Shown: positions 1 through 11,657, numbered from the stretch's first letter. The stretch: 64,000 nucleotides of DNA from Promethearchaeati archaeon (GCA_013166775.1 JABLTJ010000003.1:128001-192000); one strand, 5' to 3'. A program made the numbers and translations. The notes: generated from the letters alone by a model not told the origin.

Positions 1-1209
1 TTCACAATTAAATTCTGGAGTTCTAAAGATCCTAAATACTCTCCAAGGATGGGTGGGAGAAATTTAATACTGGTTTTTCTCCCTTTGATATATCTTTTTG
101 GATTTGAGATTATTATCGATTTCTTCTCTGTGCTAAGCGAACCTAGATTTCATTTTAATACACTTCAAATCACTTGGGGTCTAATGTACCCCTTCATGTT
201 CATTTTCATCCTTATAGCTGTTTTAATAAGCTCAAAGAAAACAATTAGAGAAAAAATCACAATGCAGGATGCAAGACTTGCTGAATTTAAGAGAAGAGAA
301 TCACTGCTAGAAGACAAAGGCTTTTTTGCCCAGTTTAAATATAGTACAAAGACTAATTGGAATGAATTCTCGCAGATCTTTTTCAGGAGAGAATCAGCTG
401 AAAAGAGAGATATTGATAAAAAACCTAACGAAATTCTAGTTAAGAGTATCTGGATCTCTTTATTTGCTATATTCATCCCATTTGGACTTATCCTACCATG
501 GAATCTCTTCCCACATGATGGGCTTTTGGTTATTGCAGCCTTGATAGTTGGCTATCAATATTCAATGATAAAATATGATCGCGAAGAAATCGATGTATTA
601 TCTGAACCTGAAAAGAATGAGGAAATAGATCCTCCTGAGATTAGAACTAACAGTATGGCAATAAATACTACAAGGTTGATTCTTTTACCAACAATTGTTT
701 TCGTAGTAACTCAATATCTAATAAGTGGAATAATATCAAATCCTTTAGCTGTAGTAGGTTTCACATGGATTTCTTTGCTTCTTGTAATACCGATTTCAAT
801 TCAATTAATCACTTATATCAATGCAAATACAAAGAATAACAGAACACTTGAGAATATAAGAATGCATAGAAATTTAATGGTTATACTAGCTCTAGTTCAG
901 CTTGTCTTTCTGGTAGGTTCTGTAATAGGAAGATATATGGGTAAAGAAATGGGATTGGAATTCTTTCTCCCTACTATTGCTATCATTATGCAAGCAGTGC
1001 TGCTTCTTGTTCTACTAATTGTACCAATAGTCTATCAATATATTCTACCTAAACTAGATGACAAGCAATTTAAGATTGTCAGAATTGTTTTTTATCTTCT
1101 AATTGCAATACTAAATGTATTAATTATTGCATGGTTTATCGTTGATATCCTAAGTACTTTTGGAATATTAACTTCCGATTTCTACAATAATTTCTTCAAA
1201 CCACTATAG
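1..1209 (+). CDS. Polytopic membrane protein, unknown function (5' end probably outside window)
   Basis: Frame of ORF 49..1209 is open from base 1 (ttc aca att aaa...). Many hydrophobic segments separated by charged loops. Confidence 0.7.
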   Translation, partial: FTIKFWSSKDPKYSPRMGGRNLILVFLPLIYLFGFEIIIDFFSVLSEPRFHFNTLQITWGLMYPFMFIFILIAVLISSKKTIREKITMQDARLAEFKRRESLLEDKGFFAQFKYSTKTNWNEFSQIFFRRESAEKRDIDKKPNEILVKSIWISLFAIFIPFGLILPWNLFPHDGLLVIAALIVGYQYSMIKYDREEIDVLSEPEKNEEIDPPEIRTNSMAINTTRLILLPTIVFVVTQYLISGIISNPLAVVGFTWISLLLVIPISIQLITYINANTKNNRTLENIRMHRNLMVILALVQLVFLVGSVIGRYMGKEMGLEFFLPTIAIIMQAVLLLVLLIVPIVYQYILPKLDDKQFKIVRIVFYLLIAILNVLIIAWFIVDILSTFGILTSDFYNNFFKPL

Positions 1210-1262
1210 GATGAAACCATCCTTCTTTTTTATATATTTTCTCTTCGGATTAGCTGCACATA

Positions 1263-2231
1263 TTAAAGACCAATATATGTACTAGCCTTCTTAACTGGTC
1301 CTTCAGAGGTAGAATCAGCGTAATAATGGAATAAACCAGATTTGTTTGTTACACCAACACATTTACCTGATTTATCCATTGATAGAATGTGAAGCACTCC
1401 TTCCTCATTCAAATCCTTTAGCTCTAAAATACCCATTTCTGCAGCTTTTTCTATTGCTATTTTTTGATGAACTCTTTCCACAACCATTCTTGAAGTGCAT
1501 AATCTGATTGCAAGTTCACCTGTGCCTGTGCAAGCACTTCCTACTTTACTAGAACAATAAATACCCGCACCAAAAATAGGTGAGTCACCGACTCTTCCAG
1601 GAAATTTCATTGCTAAACCTGAAGTCGAAACTCCTGTAGCTAATTCTCCATCTTGATCTAATGCAATTACATTGGTGGTCCCATGCTTATCAAAACTTAG
1701 CTTTCTGTACCATTCCTTCACAGGATATTCTTCCATTACTTCTTTAAGATGAACATCAAAGTGCATGAAGAGCTCTCTAACTAGTTTTTGTGCTTCAGGT
1801 GGTATATCCAAGCTTTTACCTTCCATTATATTATGATAGTTTCTTATACCCAATTCGTCTAATATTTCTTCTTCCTGAAATCCCAAAGCTTTTGCAAATC
1901 TTTCAGCTCCATCTCCAACTAACATAGCGTGAGGTGTTAGTTCCATGACTTTTCTTGCAATGGAAATTGGATTACGATAATTTTTTACTGCTGCTACTGC
2001 ACCAGCTTTACGTGTTTTTCCTTCCATAATAGACGCATCTAATTCTACTATCCCCATTAAATTTGGAAAACCATTGAATCCCACTGTAATATCAAAAGGA
2101 TTGTTTTCAATAAGTTTGATACTTTCTTCGACAGCATCTAGAGCTGATCCTCCTTTTGCTAAGATTTCAAGTCCTTTAGGGAGACCTATAATAGAATTTC
2201 TTGTCCCGCAGATTGCATAATCTACATTCAT
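1263..2231 (-). CDS. Isoaspartyl peptidase/L-asparaginase, glycosylasparaginase-like (Ntn hydrolase, Asparaginase_2 family)
   Basis: Motifs SALDAVE, ELDASIM, HGT (autocleavage Thr nucleophile), STSGL, GRVGDSPIFGAG, TGTGE. Confidence 0.92.
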   Translation of the reverse strand: MNVDYAICGTRNSIIGLPKGLEILAKGGSALDAVEESIKLIENNPFDITVGFNGFPNLMGIVELDASIMEGKTRKAGAVAAVKNYRNPISIARKVMELTPHAMLVGDGAERFAKALGFQEEEILDELGIRNYHNIMEGKSLDIPPEAQKLVRELFMHFDVHLKEVMEEYPVKEWYRKLSFDKHGTTNVIALDQDGELATGVSTSGLAMKFPGRVGDSPIFGAGIYCSSKVGSACTGTGELAIRLCTSRMVVERVHQKIAIEKAAEMGILELKDLNEEGVLHILSMDKSGKCVGVTNKSGLFHYYADSTSEGPVKKASTYIGL

Positions 2232-2291
2232 TGAGTTTTTAAATAAAGAATAAATAAAAGCATATCCTATACAACATATTAATCAAATCTC

Positions 2292-3311
2292 TTGAAAATC
2301 CAAAAGCTTCAGGAATTAACAAAGATGAAGAAGTCTGATATACTAGGTTATTCTGCTGCTATTCTAGGAGGATTTTCTTTTGGTATAATTCCTGTTATTT
2401 CTGGAGTATTAAGAAATTTAGATGCATCTAGTGTTGAACAATCCGTTTTACGTTTGTTTTTTGGTGCTATGATAGCTTTCGGTATTATCTTATTTTTCCT
2501 TTTCAGAAAGAAGGAAGAAATTAGAGTGTGTCTTTCTTGGAAACCTCAGCTTTCTTTCATTCTCCAAGGAGGAATTCTTGCTATAATGATAGTATTATAT
2601 CTTTCCTCAATTTCTCTTTATACACCTGCGGGTGAAGCAGCAATTTTGATTCAAATCCATCCTGTATTTACTTTACTTCTTGGATGGATTTTCCTTAAAG
2701 AAACAATCACAAAATCAAAGTTAGTTTCAATTGCTTTAGCATTGTCCGGAATTGTCGTATTAACTCAACCATGGCAGTGGTCTTCTTTCATGTCTTCAGT
2801 TGTAGGAGATTCTCTTGCTATGTTTCTAGGTGTTTTATATGCAGTATACCTTCTCATCAATAGGTGGGCTTCTGAACATACAAAGAATGCATCCTTTTTA
2901 TTGTTAATTGCATGGGTTTTATTATGGGCAGTAATCATTGGTTTACCGATGTTATTATTGCTCTCTGTCTTTCCTTTACCTACTGAAATAATAGGTTTCT
3001 CATTTACTGGAATTTTGACTCCAAAGATTCTTGGATATGGGTTTCTACTTGCATTTTTTGGGAGTCTTATCCCGTATAGCTTAATTATGATTGCAACTAG
3101 ATACATTGAATCATCAAAGGCATCACTTTTACTTTTAACAGAGCCAATAGGTGCAGTTGCTCTAGCTGCTATAATCCTAAAGGAAACTATAACAATTTGG
3201 TATATAGTTGGGGGACTAGCAATAATAGCAGCTGCTTGTATAACAATTCTAACTTCAATAAAAGAGTCAAAAATAAATTCCGTAGAAGAACTACCAAATA
3301 ACTCTAAATGA
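2292..3311 (+). CDS. DMT/EamA family transporter
   Basis: About 10 TM helices in two halves. HPVFTLLLGWIFLKE and EPIGAVALAAIILKE repeats. Confidence 0.9.
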   Translation: MKIQKLQELTKMKKSDILGYSAAILGGFSFGIIPVISGVLRNLDASSVEQSVLRLFFGAMIAFGIILFFLFRKKEEIRVCLSWKPQLSFILQGGILAIMIVLYLSSISLYTPAGEAAILIQIHPVFTLLLGWIFLKETITKSKLVSIALALSGIVVLTQPWQWSSFMSSVVGDSLAMFLGVLYAVYLLINRWASEHTKNASFLLLIAWVLLWAVIIGLPMLLLLSVFPLPTEIIGFSFTGILTPKILGYGFLLAFFGSLIPYSLIMIATRYIESSKASLLLLTEPIGAVALAAIILKETITIWYIVGGLAIIAAACITILTSIKESKINSVEELPNNSK

Positions 3312-3349
3312 AAGTTATGAAAAAGGTTTTAGGAAGTTAATTCTGAAAG

Positions 3350-4387
3350 TTACTTCCTTTTTCTAAGATTAAGTGTTAAACAAATGATTGCAGGTATTGC
3401 AGATAAAATGAAAACAATATGAGATTTGGAGTATTCCTCAATGTAAGGTATTCCAGTTGAGTTAGATAAGAAGTAGTTTACTAAATTATCAATAAACATT
3501 TGTCCGTAATGAATACCTCCATTATATATACCACTTATAGTATACTGGTCATACATATTCATGTATTCAGCAAAAATAACTTCACCTGCTAGTATAATAT
3601 AGCTAGTATTTTTACCAATATTGAGTATTTCGCAAACCACAGCTGGATAATTCCCGTTCTCTAGAGCAGTAAGATTATCTTTAGAATACAGATCATATTC
3701 AGTCATACTAAAATCAGTATCAACTGCCGTAGCATTCACACTGTAAGAAAGCAGGATCTCTACTCCTTCTAGAGTATTATTTCGTAAATCTACAACAGTA
3801 GAATCATTATATCCAACAATTGCACAAGGAGCATGCATTGAAATTCCAGCATCACAATTTTGTTTAAGAATATCTCCGATAGTTCCATTTCCATAATTCA
3901 CTGCAAATATTCTCCAATTTTCGCCATCATTGATAACATCATCATATATAGAAGTAGAATCCATACGTATTTTCAATCCTAAAAAAACAAGTAAATCATT
4001 AACAAAATCTGGTTGATAGTAACCTCCATAATCCGAGTCTCCTCCAATAAAGAGAGTTTTGTTACCTTTTGATAAGAATTCTAAAATAGAAGACATTTCT
4101 TGAACTGTATAACCACTATCGGGTTGGGAAATAAAAAGAGCATCCATCCTTTCAGGAAGCTCAAAACTTTCATTAGCAATTATGACTTCATTATATGCAT
4201 CAGTTAGATTTCCTATAAAATCATCAAACTCAGTATGATATGCAGTTCTGCTTATATCCATTACTACTGTAGTTCCAACAACTGTTATCTCAGTAAAATA
4301 AGCTTCAGATAGAGTTCCTTTGCAAGATATCAGAATTAAACTTATGCACAGCAATGTGATTAGCTCAATTTTACAATTAGAAAACAT
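3350..4387 (-). CDS. Secreted, C-terminally anchored surface protein (GldG/DUF4350-like alpha/beta domain)
   Basis: N-terminal signal peptide, LFIGGDSDY...VNDLL motif, many N-x-S/T sequons, C-terminal IEEY + TM + RKRK tail. Confidence 0.6.
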   Translation of the reverse strand: MFSNCKIELITLLCISLILISCKGTLSEAYFTEITVVGTTVVMDISRTAYHTEFDDFIGNLTDAYNEVIIANESFELPERMDALFISQPDSGYTVQEMSSILEFLSKGNKTLFIGGDSDYGGYYQPDFVNDLLVFLGLKIRMDSTSIYDDVINDGENWRIFAVNYGNGTIGDILKQNCDAGISMHAPCAIVGYNDSTVVDLRNNTLEGVEILLSYSVNATAVDTDFSMTEYDLYSKDNLTALENGNYPAVVCEILNIGKNTSYIILAGEVIFAEYMNMYDQYTISGIYNGGIHYGQMFIDNLVNYFLSNSTGIPYIEEYSKSHIVFILSAIPAIICLTLNLRKRK

Positions 4388-4506
4388 TGATATTTCTTTA
4401 ATTGTAAATATTTAAGTCTTCTTCAGAACAATGAATCCGAAGCTAGAAGTTCGAAAATAAAATGAAAACATAATTTTAAGAATGCATCTGTTACAATTAA
4501 ATCAGA

Positions 4507-5283
4507 ATGTCTGAACTAATGGTTCAAACTACACAATTATCAAAGTATTTCAAAACTGTACTAGCAGTAAACAAGATTGATTTGGAAATCCCAAAAGGAT
4601 CAATTTATGCTCTTTTGGGACCGAATGGAGCGGGAAAAACAACAACCATCAGGATGCTCTTAGGATTACTTAAACCAACTGAAGGACAGATTCTTGTTAA
4701 CGGAATTGATGTTTCTTCGAATCCCAAAGAAATACGTGGGAAGATAGGATTACTTCCTCAATTCTCAGCAGCTTATTATGATCTCACTTCAATGCAGAAC
4801 ATCAAATTTAATCTTGAACTAAACGATATTAAAATGGAAACAGTTCAACCTGCTTTATCTGATTTCTTCAATAGATTGGAGATAACTCAAGAATTGCTCA
4901 ACAAACCTTTCTCCAAACTTTCTGGTGGAGAACAAAGAGCCATTTGTTTCATTATGTCAGCAATCACAGATAAAGATTTTCTGATTTTGGATGAACCAAC
5001 AAGTGGACTGGACATTGCAAGAGCTAAATATATCAGATCAATAATCAAAGATCTTTCAGAAGTACAAGGGAAAACTATTCTTCTATCATCACACATAGTT
5101 TCTGATTTAGAAGAATTAGCAGAATATTGTGGAATTCTTGTAAAAGGTAAGTTAGTCTTTCAAGGTAAGAGAGATGAAATAATTGAAAAATATGCTCCCG
5201 AAACCAAGGATTTTGAAGATGCCATAGTTCGCGTATTTAATTCAAAGAAGAATGATGTGAAAACGCCTTTAGGAGGGATTTGA
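4507..5283 (+). CDS. ABC transporter ATP-binding protein
   Basis: Walker A GPNGAGKTT, signature LSGGE, Walker B LILDEPT, H-loop SSH. Confidence 0.95.
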   Translation: MSELMVQTTQLSKYFKTVLAVNKIDLEIPKGSIYALLGPNGAGKTTTIRMLLGLLKPTEGQILVNGIDVSSNPKEIRGKIGLLPQFSAAYYDLTSMQNIKFNLELNDIKMETVQPALSDFFNRLEITQELLNKPFSKLSGGEQRAICFIMSAITDKDFLILDEPTSGLDIARAKYIRSIIKDLSEVQGKTILLSSHIVSDLEELAEYCGILVKGKLVFQGKRDEIIEKYAPETKDFEDAIVRVFNSKKNDVKTPLGGI

Positions 5284-6486
5284 ATGGCAAAGTCTAATAT
5301 ATCAACTAAGCAATTTCGAGCGATTCTAAAAAAAGACCTTTCCATGTTATTTAGAAAAAGGGTTGCTATCTTTGTCTTTGGAGGACCTTTCATTATGATG
5401 TTTATTCTCTTAGGGTTGCCTTCACTTTTTACTTCACAACAAGCGATAACTCTACTTGTATTCAGTGATGATCTAGGATATACAGGAGTGAACATAGGTG
5501 ATGCCATAATTGGTAACATTAGTTTATATTATGAAAATGATGACACAATAACAGTTGAGGAAGCAGATAATTTTACAGAAGTTCAGCAAACTAGAGCACT
5601 TGGTACATATATACCTTCTAACTTCTCAGAATTATCGTTTACTGGTTCCCCTTCTATTTATACAATAGATGCTACTCAGTCGCTCTTTACCTCATCTCTT
5701 TTTACAGAGATATATACGATTGCTTCAAAAGTAATGAGTAATTTTGTAGCAAATAGATCAATCCCGAATATTCAGAGCATTCAACTCCCTCCAACAGCTT
5801 TAGCTGAAGAAGAAATACTAGGACCAAAAGCTGCAGCAGTTGCAATGCCTCTGAGTTATATGATTTTTCTCTTAATAGCACTTAATTCAGGTTCATATTC
5901 AATAATTGGTTTTGCACGAGAAAAAAGAATGAGAACAATGGAAATACTGTTAGCTTATACTCATAAACATAGTTTATTGGTTATCTCGAAAGTTATCACT
6001 GGTCTTGTAGCCTCTCTGGGATCAACGCTTTCATATGTTTTAGGAATTCTAGTTGGTACTAGTCTTTCAGGAGACGCAACAGGAGATCTCTTTGATATAT
6101 TCGGTTTAAATTTCAAAACTTTGGGAGGAGGTGCAATTGTATTAAGCTTCATATTTGTTGTTTTAGCACTTCTTATTTCTACTTTAATTACTATGGCAGT
6201 GGACACAAACATGGCTAGAGAAGCAGCTGAAAGAATCAGTCCGTTAGTTTCAATTGGACTTGCGATGTTCTTCTATTTCATAGTATTAACTAGTCCTCTT
6301 ACAGTTTCAACGATACTCCTTATCAATCCCTTTTACTGGTGCTATAGGCTGTGTTTACTTTTGGTAGCTGGTAAATTCACTACTGAGGTGTTAATCTACT
6401 TCTTACTGATTGCAGGCTTAATTTTCATTCTTATACAACTAGCAACAAGAGGAATACAAAAAGAAAAGAGTTTGTATCTAGAGTAA
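5284..6486 (+). CDS. ABC-2 type transporter permease
   Basis: Abuts the ATPase gene. One N-terminal TM, a large extracellular loop, then about 5 TMs, with an EKRMRTMEILL motif. Confidence 0.88.
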   Translation: MAKSNISTKQFRAILKKDLSMLFRKRVAIFVFGGPFIMMFILLGLPSLFTSQQAITLLVFSDDLGYTGVNIGDAIIGNISLYYENDDTITVEEADNFTEVQQTRALGTYIPSNFSELSFTGSPSIYTIDATQSLFTSSLFTEIYTIASKVMSNFVANRSIPNIQSIQLPPTALAEEEILGPKAAAVAMPLSYMIFLLIALNSGSYSIIGFAREKRMRTMEILLAYTHKHSLLVISKVITGLVASLGSTLSYVLGILVGTSLSGDATGDLFDIFGLNFKTLGGGAIVLSFIFVVLALLISTLITMAVDTNMAREAAERISPLVSIGLAMFFYFIVLTSPLTVSTILLINPFYWCYRLCLLLVAGKFTTEVLIYFLLIAGLIFILIQLATRGIQKEKSLYLE

Positions 6487-6491
6487 GATTC

Positions 6492-7388
6492 TCAGTTTTT
6501 CTTCTCTTCCTTTCCTTCTATACCTAGTATGAAATCTCTGATTTTGTTAGATGTCACTCTATCATGAGTCTTATGATAATGAACTAGATTCTCGAAGGTT
6601 GAATCAGGAATCTTCTCTGCAATATCAACACTATCTTGATAAGAATGCATTTTATCAGTAGAAGCTGCAAAAATGTAAGTAGGACATTTGATTTTGGAAT
6701 AATCTATTTCTGATTTGTAGTTAAACATATGCAATGCACATTTCTTCATCCTTCTGGGTTTGCTAGTTGTCATATTTCTCTTATTGAGATAATATGTTCC
6801 TGCATCATTTTTCATATCAGTTCTGAAATGCTTTAGAACCATTAAAAGAAAAGGCAGAAGAGGATAATAAAGCCAATGAGGAGCTACACTAAACAATTTT
6901 TTCATCCATCCTGAAAATGCAAAACTCTTTACTGGACTTATTAATACTAATCCCTTAGGTGTTGGATAACCCTTATCTAAATAAGTCACAGCCATCTCAC
7001 TTCCAAAACTGTCTCCAAAAAGATAATACTCATCTAAATTATAATATTGAGTAATCTTGTAAATATCATCTGCATAGGTTTCCATTGAGAAATCTACATT
7101 TCTCTTTGAGTGTATTGCTGAACTTTTCTCTCTTGACTCAATATGATATACTGTACCTACCTCTGATAACTGCTTATCTAAATCGATCCATCCAATGAAA
7201 TGAGAAACAAGACCAGCTACAACTAGGATTTTTATTTTCGAATCCTTATTCTTACAGGATATTTTGAAAACTCTGAGTTTAACTCTCTCCTCAACTTCTA
7301 CATAATCAAGCTTAAGCCATGGAAATTCTCTATAATCTATTTTCCTCTTTGAGGATGTTGGAAGTTTTTCCAGAGGCATATCTCGCAT
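6492..7388 (-). CDS. Alpha/beta fold hydrolase
   Basis: Nucleophile elbow GDSFG, candidate catalytic Asp (STDK) and His (YHKTH). Confidence 0.85.
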   Translation of the reverse strand: MRDMPLEKLPTSSKRKIDYREFPWLKLDYVEVEERVKLRVFKISCKNKDSKIKILVVAGLVSHFIGWIDLDKQLSEVGTVYHIESREKSSAIHSKRNVDFSMETYADDIYKITQYYNLDEYYLFGDSFGSEMAVTYLDKGYPTPKGLVLISPVKSFAFSGWMKKLFSVAPHWLYYPLLPFLLMVLKHFRTDMKNDAGTYYLNKRNMTTSKPRRMKKCALHMFNYKSEIDYSKIKCPTYIFAASTDKMHSYQDSVDIAEKIPDSTFENLVHYHKTHDRVTSNKIRDFILGIEGKEEKKN

Positions 7389-7456
7389 ATGAATTTAAAT
7401 GGAGCTGTACTCTTTTTTTAAGTTTTTTATAAATGAGTTGAATTGTTTAATCTAGA

Positions 7457-8701
7457 TCAATTTTTTCCTGATCTTAGCTCTTTTGTAGATAGAATTAGGA
7501 GAGGGATTATAGCTAAAAATCTTGCAGCTGCGATTATTAACATGTAAATTTTCATTATATACAAAAAATCATAAGTTTCTAGTAGATTCCCAAATATTGC
7601 TCCACTAATAAAAGAACCTGCAAAAGTGATGATTCCTGTGAACAAATTATAGATTCCCGTATATGTTCCTCTCATTTCTGATCCTGATATATGAAGTAAC
7701 TCTGAATTTAAAGCAACCATAAAAAATCCGTTCCCAATTCCACCAAATATATTTGCGATAAGAATAATATACCATGAGTAAGTGAAAGCTAATATCACTG
7801 GAACAAAGCACAAAATAATGAAACCCAACGCTGTAGTAAATTTCCTGCCTATTTTGTCAGCGAATTTTCCGCAAATCAATTGACCAACTGCGATAAATCC
7901 AGAAAAAACTGCTGAATATACAGCAACCTGCCATGTAGTTGGAGAAACACTGTCCATTATAAAAGGGGAAATAGGCCATAGGAAACTCATTACAAACCAC
8001 CAAAGCGCAGTTGATCCCAGAAACACTAGAAATGATTTTTCTTTCAAAGGGAAGAATTGAGAAATTTTCTTTTTCTCTTTTCCTTCTTTAAAATTAGTTT
8101 CTTTTATTAATAAAACAAGGATAGATGCAATAGCAAAGAAAAAAGAACCAATTAATATCATAGTTCTATATTTACTGAGCAATTCTCCCTGTAATCTATC
8201 TGTTAGAAATCCGAGTATCAACAGAATGGTTGAGGAACCTAAAGTTGCGATTATACCTAGTTGACTTATAAAACGTGTTCTAGTTTCCTCTGTACTCATA
8301 TCTCCCAGTAAAGCATTCCACGTTGGAATAATCATACTTAGACCGATCGAATACAGAGCAATAATAATCATGAAGATTAATGGATTAACTAATCGTGAAA
8401 GCACTATCGTGGTGATTGTAGCTATTACAAATCCCATAATCAACACTATTCTTCTGCCTATTTTATCAGACAAACGACCAAAGAATCCTTGAAGTAAAGC
8501 TGACCCCAGATTTTGGATAGCTGTTATGAAAGACATCTGGATTGTAGATGCTCCTATACCAACTGCAAGCAAAATCCCATAATTATAATAAAGTTGCTGA
8601 CCTCCACTGCTTCCTATGGCTATTGCTTTAGCAAAAAGTGTCTGCTTTTTAGAGGCCTGTGCTTCTAATACATTTTCTTTGTTTGATTTCACGATTTCCA
8701 T
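7457..8701 (-). CDS. MFS transporter
   Basis: About 12 TMs. Motif A occurs twice (GRLSDKIGRR, GKFADKIGRK). Confidence 0.93.
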   Translation of the reverse strand: MEIVKSNKENVLEAQASKKQTLFAKAIAIGSSGGQQLYYNYGILLAVGIGASTIQMSFITAIQNLGSALLQGFFGRLSDKIGRRIVLIMGFVIATITTIVLSRLVNPLIFMIIIALYSIGLSMIIPTWNALLGDMSTEETRTRFISQLGIIATLGSSTILLILGFLTDRLQGELLSKYRTMILIGSFFFAIASILVLLIKETNFKEGKEKKKISQFFPLKEKSFLVFLGSTALWWFVMSFLWPISPFIMDSVSPTTWQVAVYSAVFSGFIAVGQLICGKFADKIGRKFTTALGFIILCFVPVILAFTYSWYIILIANIFGGIGNGFFMVALNSELLHISGSEMRGTYTGIYNLFTGIITFAGSFISGAIFGNLLETYDFLYIMKIYMLIIAAARFLAIIPLLILSTKELRSGKN

Positions 8702-8895
8702 TTCTGGAGTTTATAACAAATAATAAAGTCTTTGCATACATGATGAAGAGGGAGTGTATATTGAATGAAGTATTAATAATTGTTGAAATCTTAAAAAACC
8801 TTTAATATTTCCGTAAAATACAGTGCATACAGAAACTTTAAAAATGTAAATTCATCTCGAATGAACAAATAATAAGGTTACTTGAGGTTATATAG

Positions 8896-11544
8896 ATGAA
8901 GGCAGCGAAAAAAGGACAAAATCTTTTCATTGTGACTTTTATCATAATATTATTTTCAGTTGGATTTTTCAGGGGAACCGCTCATAATTTTATAAAAATG
9001 CAACCCCCTATTGATGGTCTATGGGATATTACAGGTCAAGAGCTAATTGATTATGACGTTATTTTAAATGGTTCAGTTAATATTCAAGCAAGCGGAGAAC
9101 TAACAATAATTAATGCTAACGTTTTATTTGATTCAAATAGTACTCATTCTCTTACAATTGACGTCTATGGATCACTAATTATCGAAAATAGTAATATTTC
9201 AGTTACAAATCTGAATTATAATTTTACAATTTCTGGCAAAGCAAGTTCAATAATCTCTATTACAGGTAGTATGTTGGATAACGTACGTTTTTCTTTGCTT
9301 ATCTGTGATTTTACATTAGAAGGCAGTACTGTAAACAATTTAATGTCATTTAATGCATTTTATCTGGATGCATTTATTTTAACAGATTCAATATTTCAGA
9401 ATTCTCCAACAGGTATTAATTTAGTTGATTGTGGTTATGCAACTTTAACTAGTAATGATTTTCTAAGCATTGAATTTGGAATTAATATTGTTACTGCTGA
9501 TAATGCCACATTCACTGATAACCTATTTCAAGATATACCTACAGTAGGTATTTACGTAGAATCTGTGGGAGTAATCTATGCAATAAATAATGATTTTGTA
9601 AATGTGACAACAGGCATTCATGTTAGTGAAAGTGAAGCACAAATTATATCCAACAGGTTTGAACAAAATGATATAGCTGTTCTTCTTGATAATGCTGATT
9701 TTAGCACAATTAGTTTAAACAACTTTACAAATATCCATGATATAGGATTAGAAGCATCGTTTGTAAGAGAACCAACTATTGCTGGTAATCGATTTGTTGA
9801 TTCTCCAACTGGTATAGACCTAATGGGTTCTATTGATCCTTATGTATACGGTAATATTTTTGACAACATTGAAAACGCTTTCGTAGCAATTGATTGTGAT
9901 AGAACTACATTAGAAAATAATGATTTTATGAATATTATAAGCATAGGTGTTGAAATAACAGACAGCTGGGATGTAGTTATTTTAGAAAATGAGTTTGTTA
10001 ATGCAACTGTAGCTATTAATATTATTACAGGAAGAAGAAATCTAATACAAGGAAATAATTTCTTGCAAGTTGCAGAAGGTATAGGCGTTATCTCCTCAAG
10101 GGAAATTGAAATCCTCGGAAATATTATTGAGGAAACAGTAACAGGAATATATCTTGAGCAGACACAAGAAGCTATCGTTACAGCAAATGGAGCAATAAAA
10201 GCTACTTATGGAATATCACTTTGGTCTGTTAGTGATGTTACTCTTGCAAGCAATGGTGTATTCGATTCTATATATGGATTCTCTATCTGGTTTTCTGAAG
10301 GAGTAAGATTACTTGGAAATGAAGTCAATACTTCTGATATTGGTATAATAGCAAGAAGCTGTAATAGGCTCCAAATAAGAGATGGGAGCTTGAAAGCTTT
10401 GGATATAGGTATTCAACTAATCGAAACTACCAATCCTCGTATTTCTGGAAATACTTTTGATGAAATACTTGGTGAAGCTATTGTATTAAAATACAGCAAT
10501 GATTTTTCAGTCTACCAAAATAATTTCAAAGATGTTGGATCTTATGCTGATATAATTGACTGTTTAGGCACTTTCTATAAAGTGGTTGATAATGAAACAG
10601 CTTATGGCAATTACTATAATGAAGTCGTAACGGGTCCTGTCTATATTGATACTGTAGGTATCATCGAAATATACGATGAATATCCATTAGATTTAGCATA
10701 TGTAGTCAAACCAACAATTGAGTTTGTTTCTAGAGATAATGCTATTCCAACTGATATTGATGATGTTACAGTTGAAACACAAATTTTCGTTCCAACAGGA
10801 GTAGCTATTACTGTTTATCTTGAGTATATAGCTAATTATGAAGATGATTGGACAGCCATAGATATCACACCTTCTGAAGATCCAGTTGGTCAGATTGGAG
10901 CAATAAATAGATATTCAGGAATTATCCCTGCTTATCCTTACGATTACACAATCATCTATAGAGTAAAAGTTCAATATTCAGAGCAAAGTGTAACTGCAGA
11001 TATTATAACAGAAAACAGCACTTATACAATAATTGAATCACTTGAAACACCAATAATCATTGGAGATCCAGACGTTTTAATTGAAGTTGAAGATGAAGAG
11101 GGGCTTGTAAATACTATCGCAACTAGTAGTTTCTATCAAGATGAGATATATATTATTTCTGTTTTCATCATAAATAGAACTGACATAGGAAGACTAGCAG
11201 GATTTAGACATGTCAATTTAACATGGACAGAAATTAACACATTAACTAATGAAACAGAAAGCGCAACAGCAATTATGTATTACAATGAAACTGCTAATGA
11301 TAATATCTATTCTTTTGCATTTGAACAAGGTTATGATGCTGGAATTCTGATAGATTTCTACATCTCCGTAGTTGATTCCAATGGAACATTGTACAGATCT
11401 GTTGGTAATATTACAATGACAATTAATGTCCCTCCTGGTGAAACAGGTTTTGATACGATAACACTTCTGAGTATCGGAGCTACACTGTTGATTGTTCAAG
11501 CTTTAGTTATTATTAGAAGAAGACGAAAAAGAAAAGAGGAATAA
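8896..11544 (+). CDS. Large cell-surface right-handed beta-helix (NosD/PbH1-repeat) protein
   Basis: Signal peptide, about 20 repeats of roughly 22 aa (GI.l..s....I.nN.F), Ig-like acidic C-terminal region, GF + TM + RRRRKRK anchor. Confidence 0.85.
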   Translation: MKAAKKGQNLFIVTFIIILFSVGFFRGTAHNFIKMQPPIDGLWDITGQELIDYDVILNGSVNIQASGELTIINANVLFDSNSTHSLTIDVYGSLIIENSNISVTNLNYNFTISGKASSIISITGSMLDNVRFSLLICDFTLEGSTVNNLMSFNAFYLDAFILTDSIFQNSPTGINLVDCGYATLTSNDFLSIEFGINIVTADNATFTDNLFQDIPTVGIYVESVGVIYAINNDFVNVTTGIHVSESEAQIISNRFEQNDIAVLLDNADFSTISLNNFTNIHDIGLEASFVREPTIAGNRFVDSPTGIDLMGSIDPYVYGNIFDNIENAFVAIDCDRTTLENNDFMNIISIGVEITDSWDVVILENEFVNATVAINIITGRRNLIQGNNFLQVAEGIGVISSREIEILGNIIEETVTGIYLEQTQEAIVTANGAIKATYGISLWSVSDVTLASNGVFDSIYGFSIWFSEGVRLLGNEVNTSDIGIIARSCNRLQIRDGSLKALDIGIQLIETTNPRISGNTFDEILGEAIVLKYSNDFSVYQNNFKDVGSYADIIDCLGTFYKVVDNETAYGNYYNEVVTGPVYIDTVGIIEIYDEYPLDLAYVVKPTIEFVSRDNAIPTDIDDVTVETQIFVPTGVAITVYLEYIANYEDDWTAIDITPSEDPVGQIGAINRYSGIIPAYPYDYTIIYRVKVQYSEQSVTADIITENSTYTIIESLETPIIIGDPDVLIEVEDEEGLVNTIATSSFYQDEIYIISVFIINRTDIGRLAGFRHVNLTWTEINTLTNETESATAIMYYNETANDNIYSFAFEQGYDAGILIDFYISVVDSNGTLYRSVGNITMTINVPPGETGFDTITLLSIGATLLIVQALVIIRRRRKRKEE

Positions 11545-11657
11545 AAAACTCCTCTACTTTATTTCTTTAGTTTTTGTTTAAAGCTTATAAATATCTAATT
11601 TCACTTGATTCCTTGCTGGCATAACAAACTAAATAAATACTTATTTTTCACTAGAGA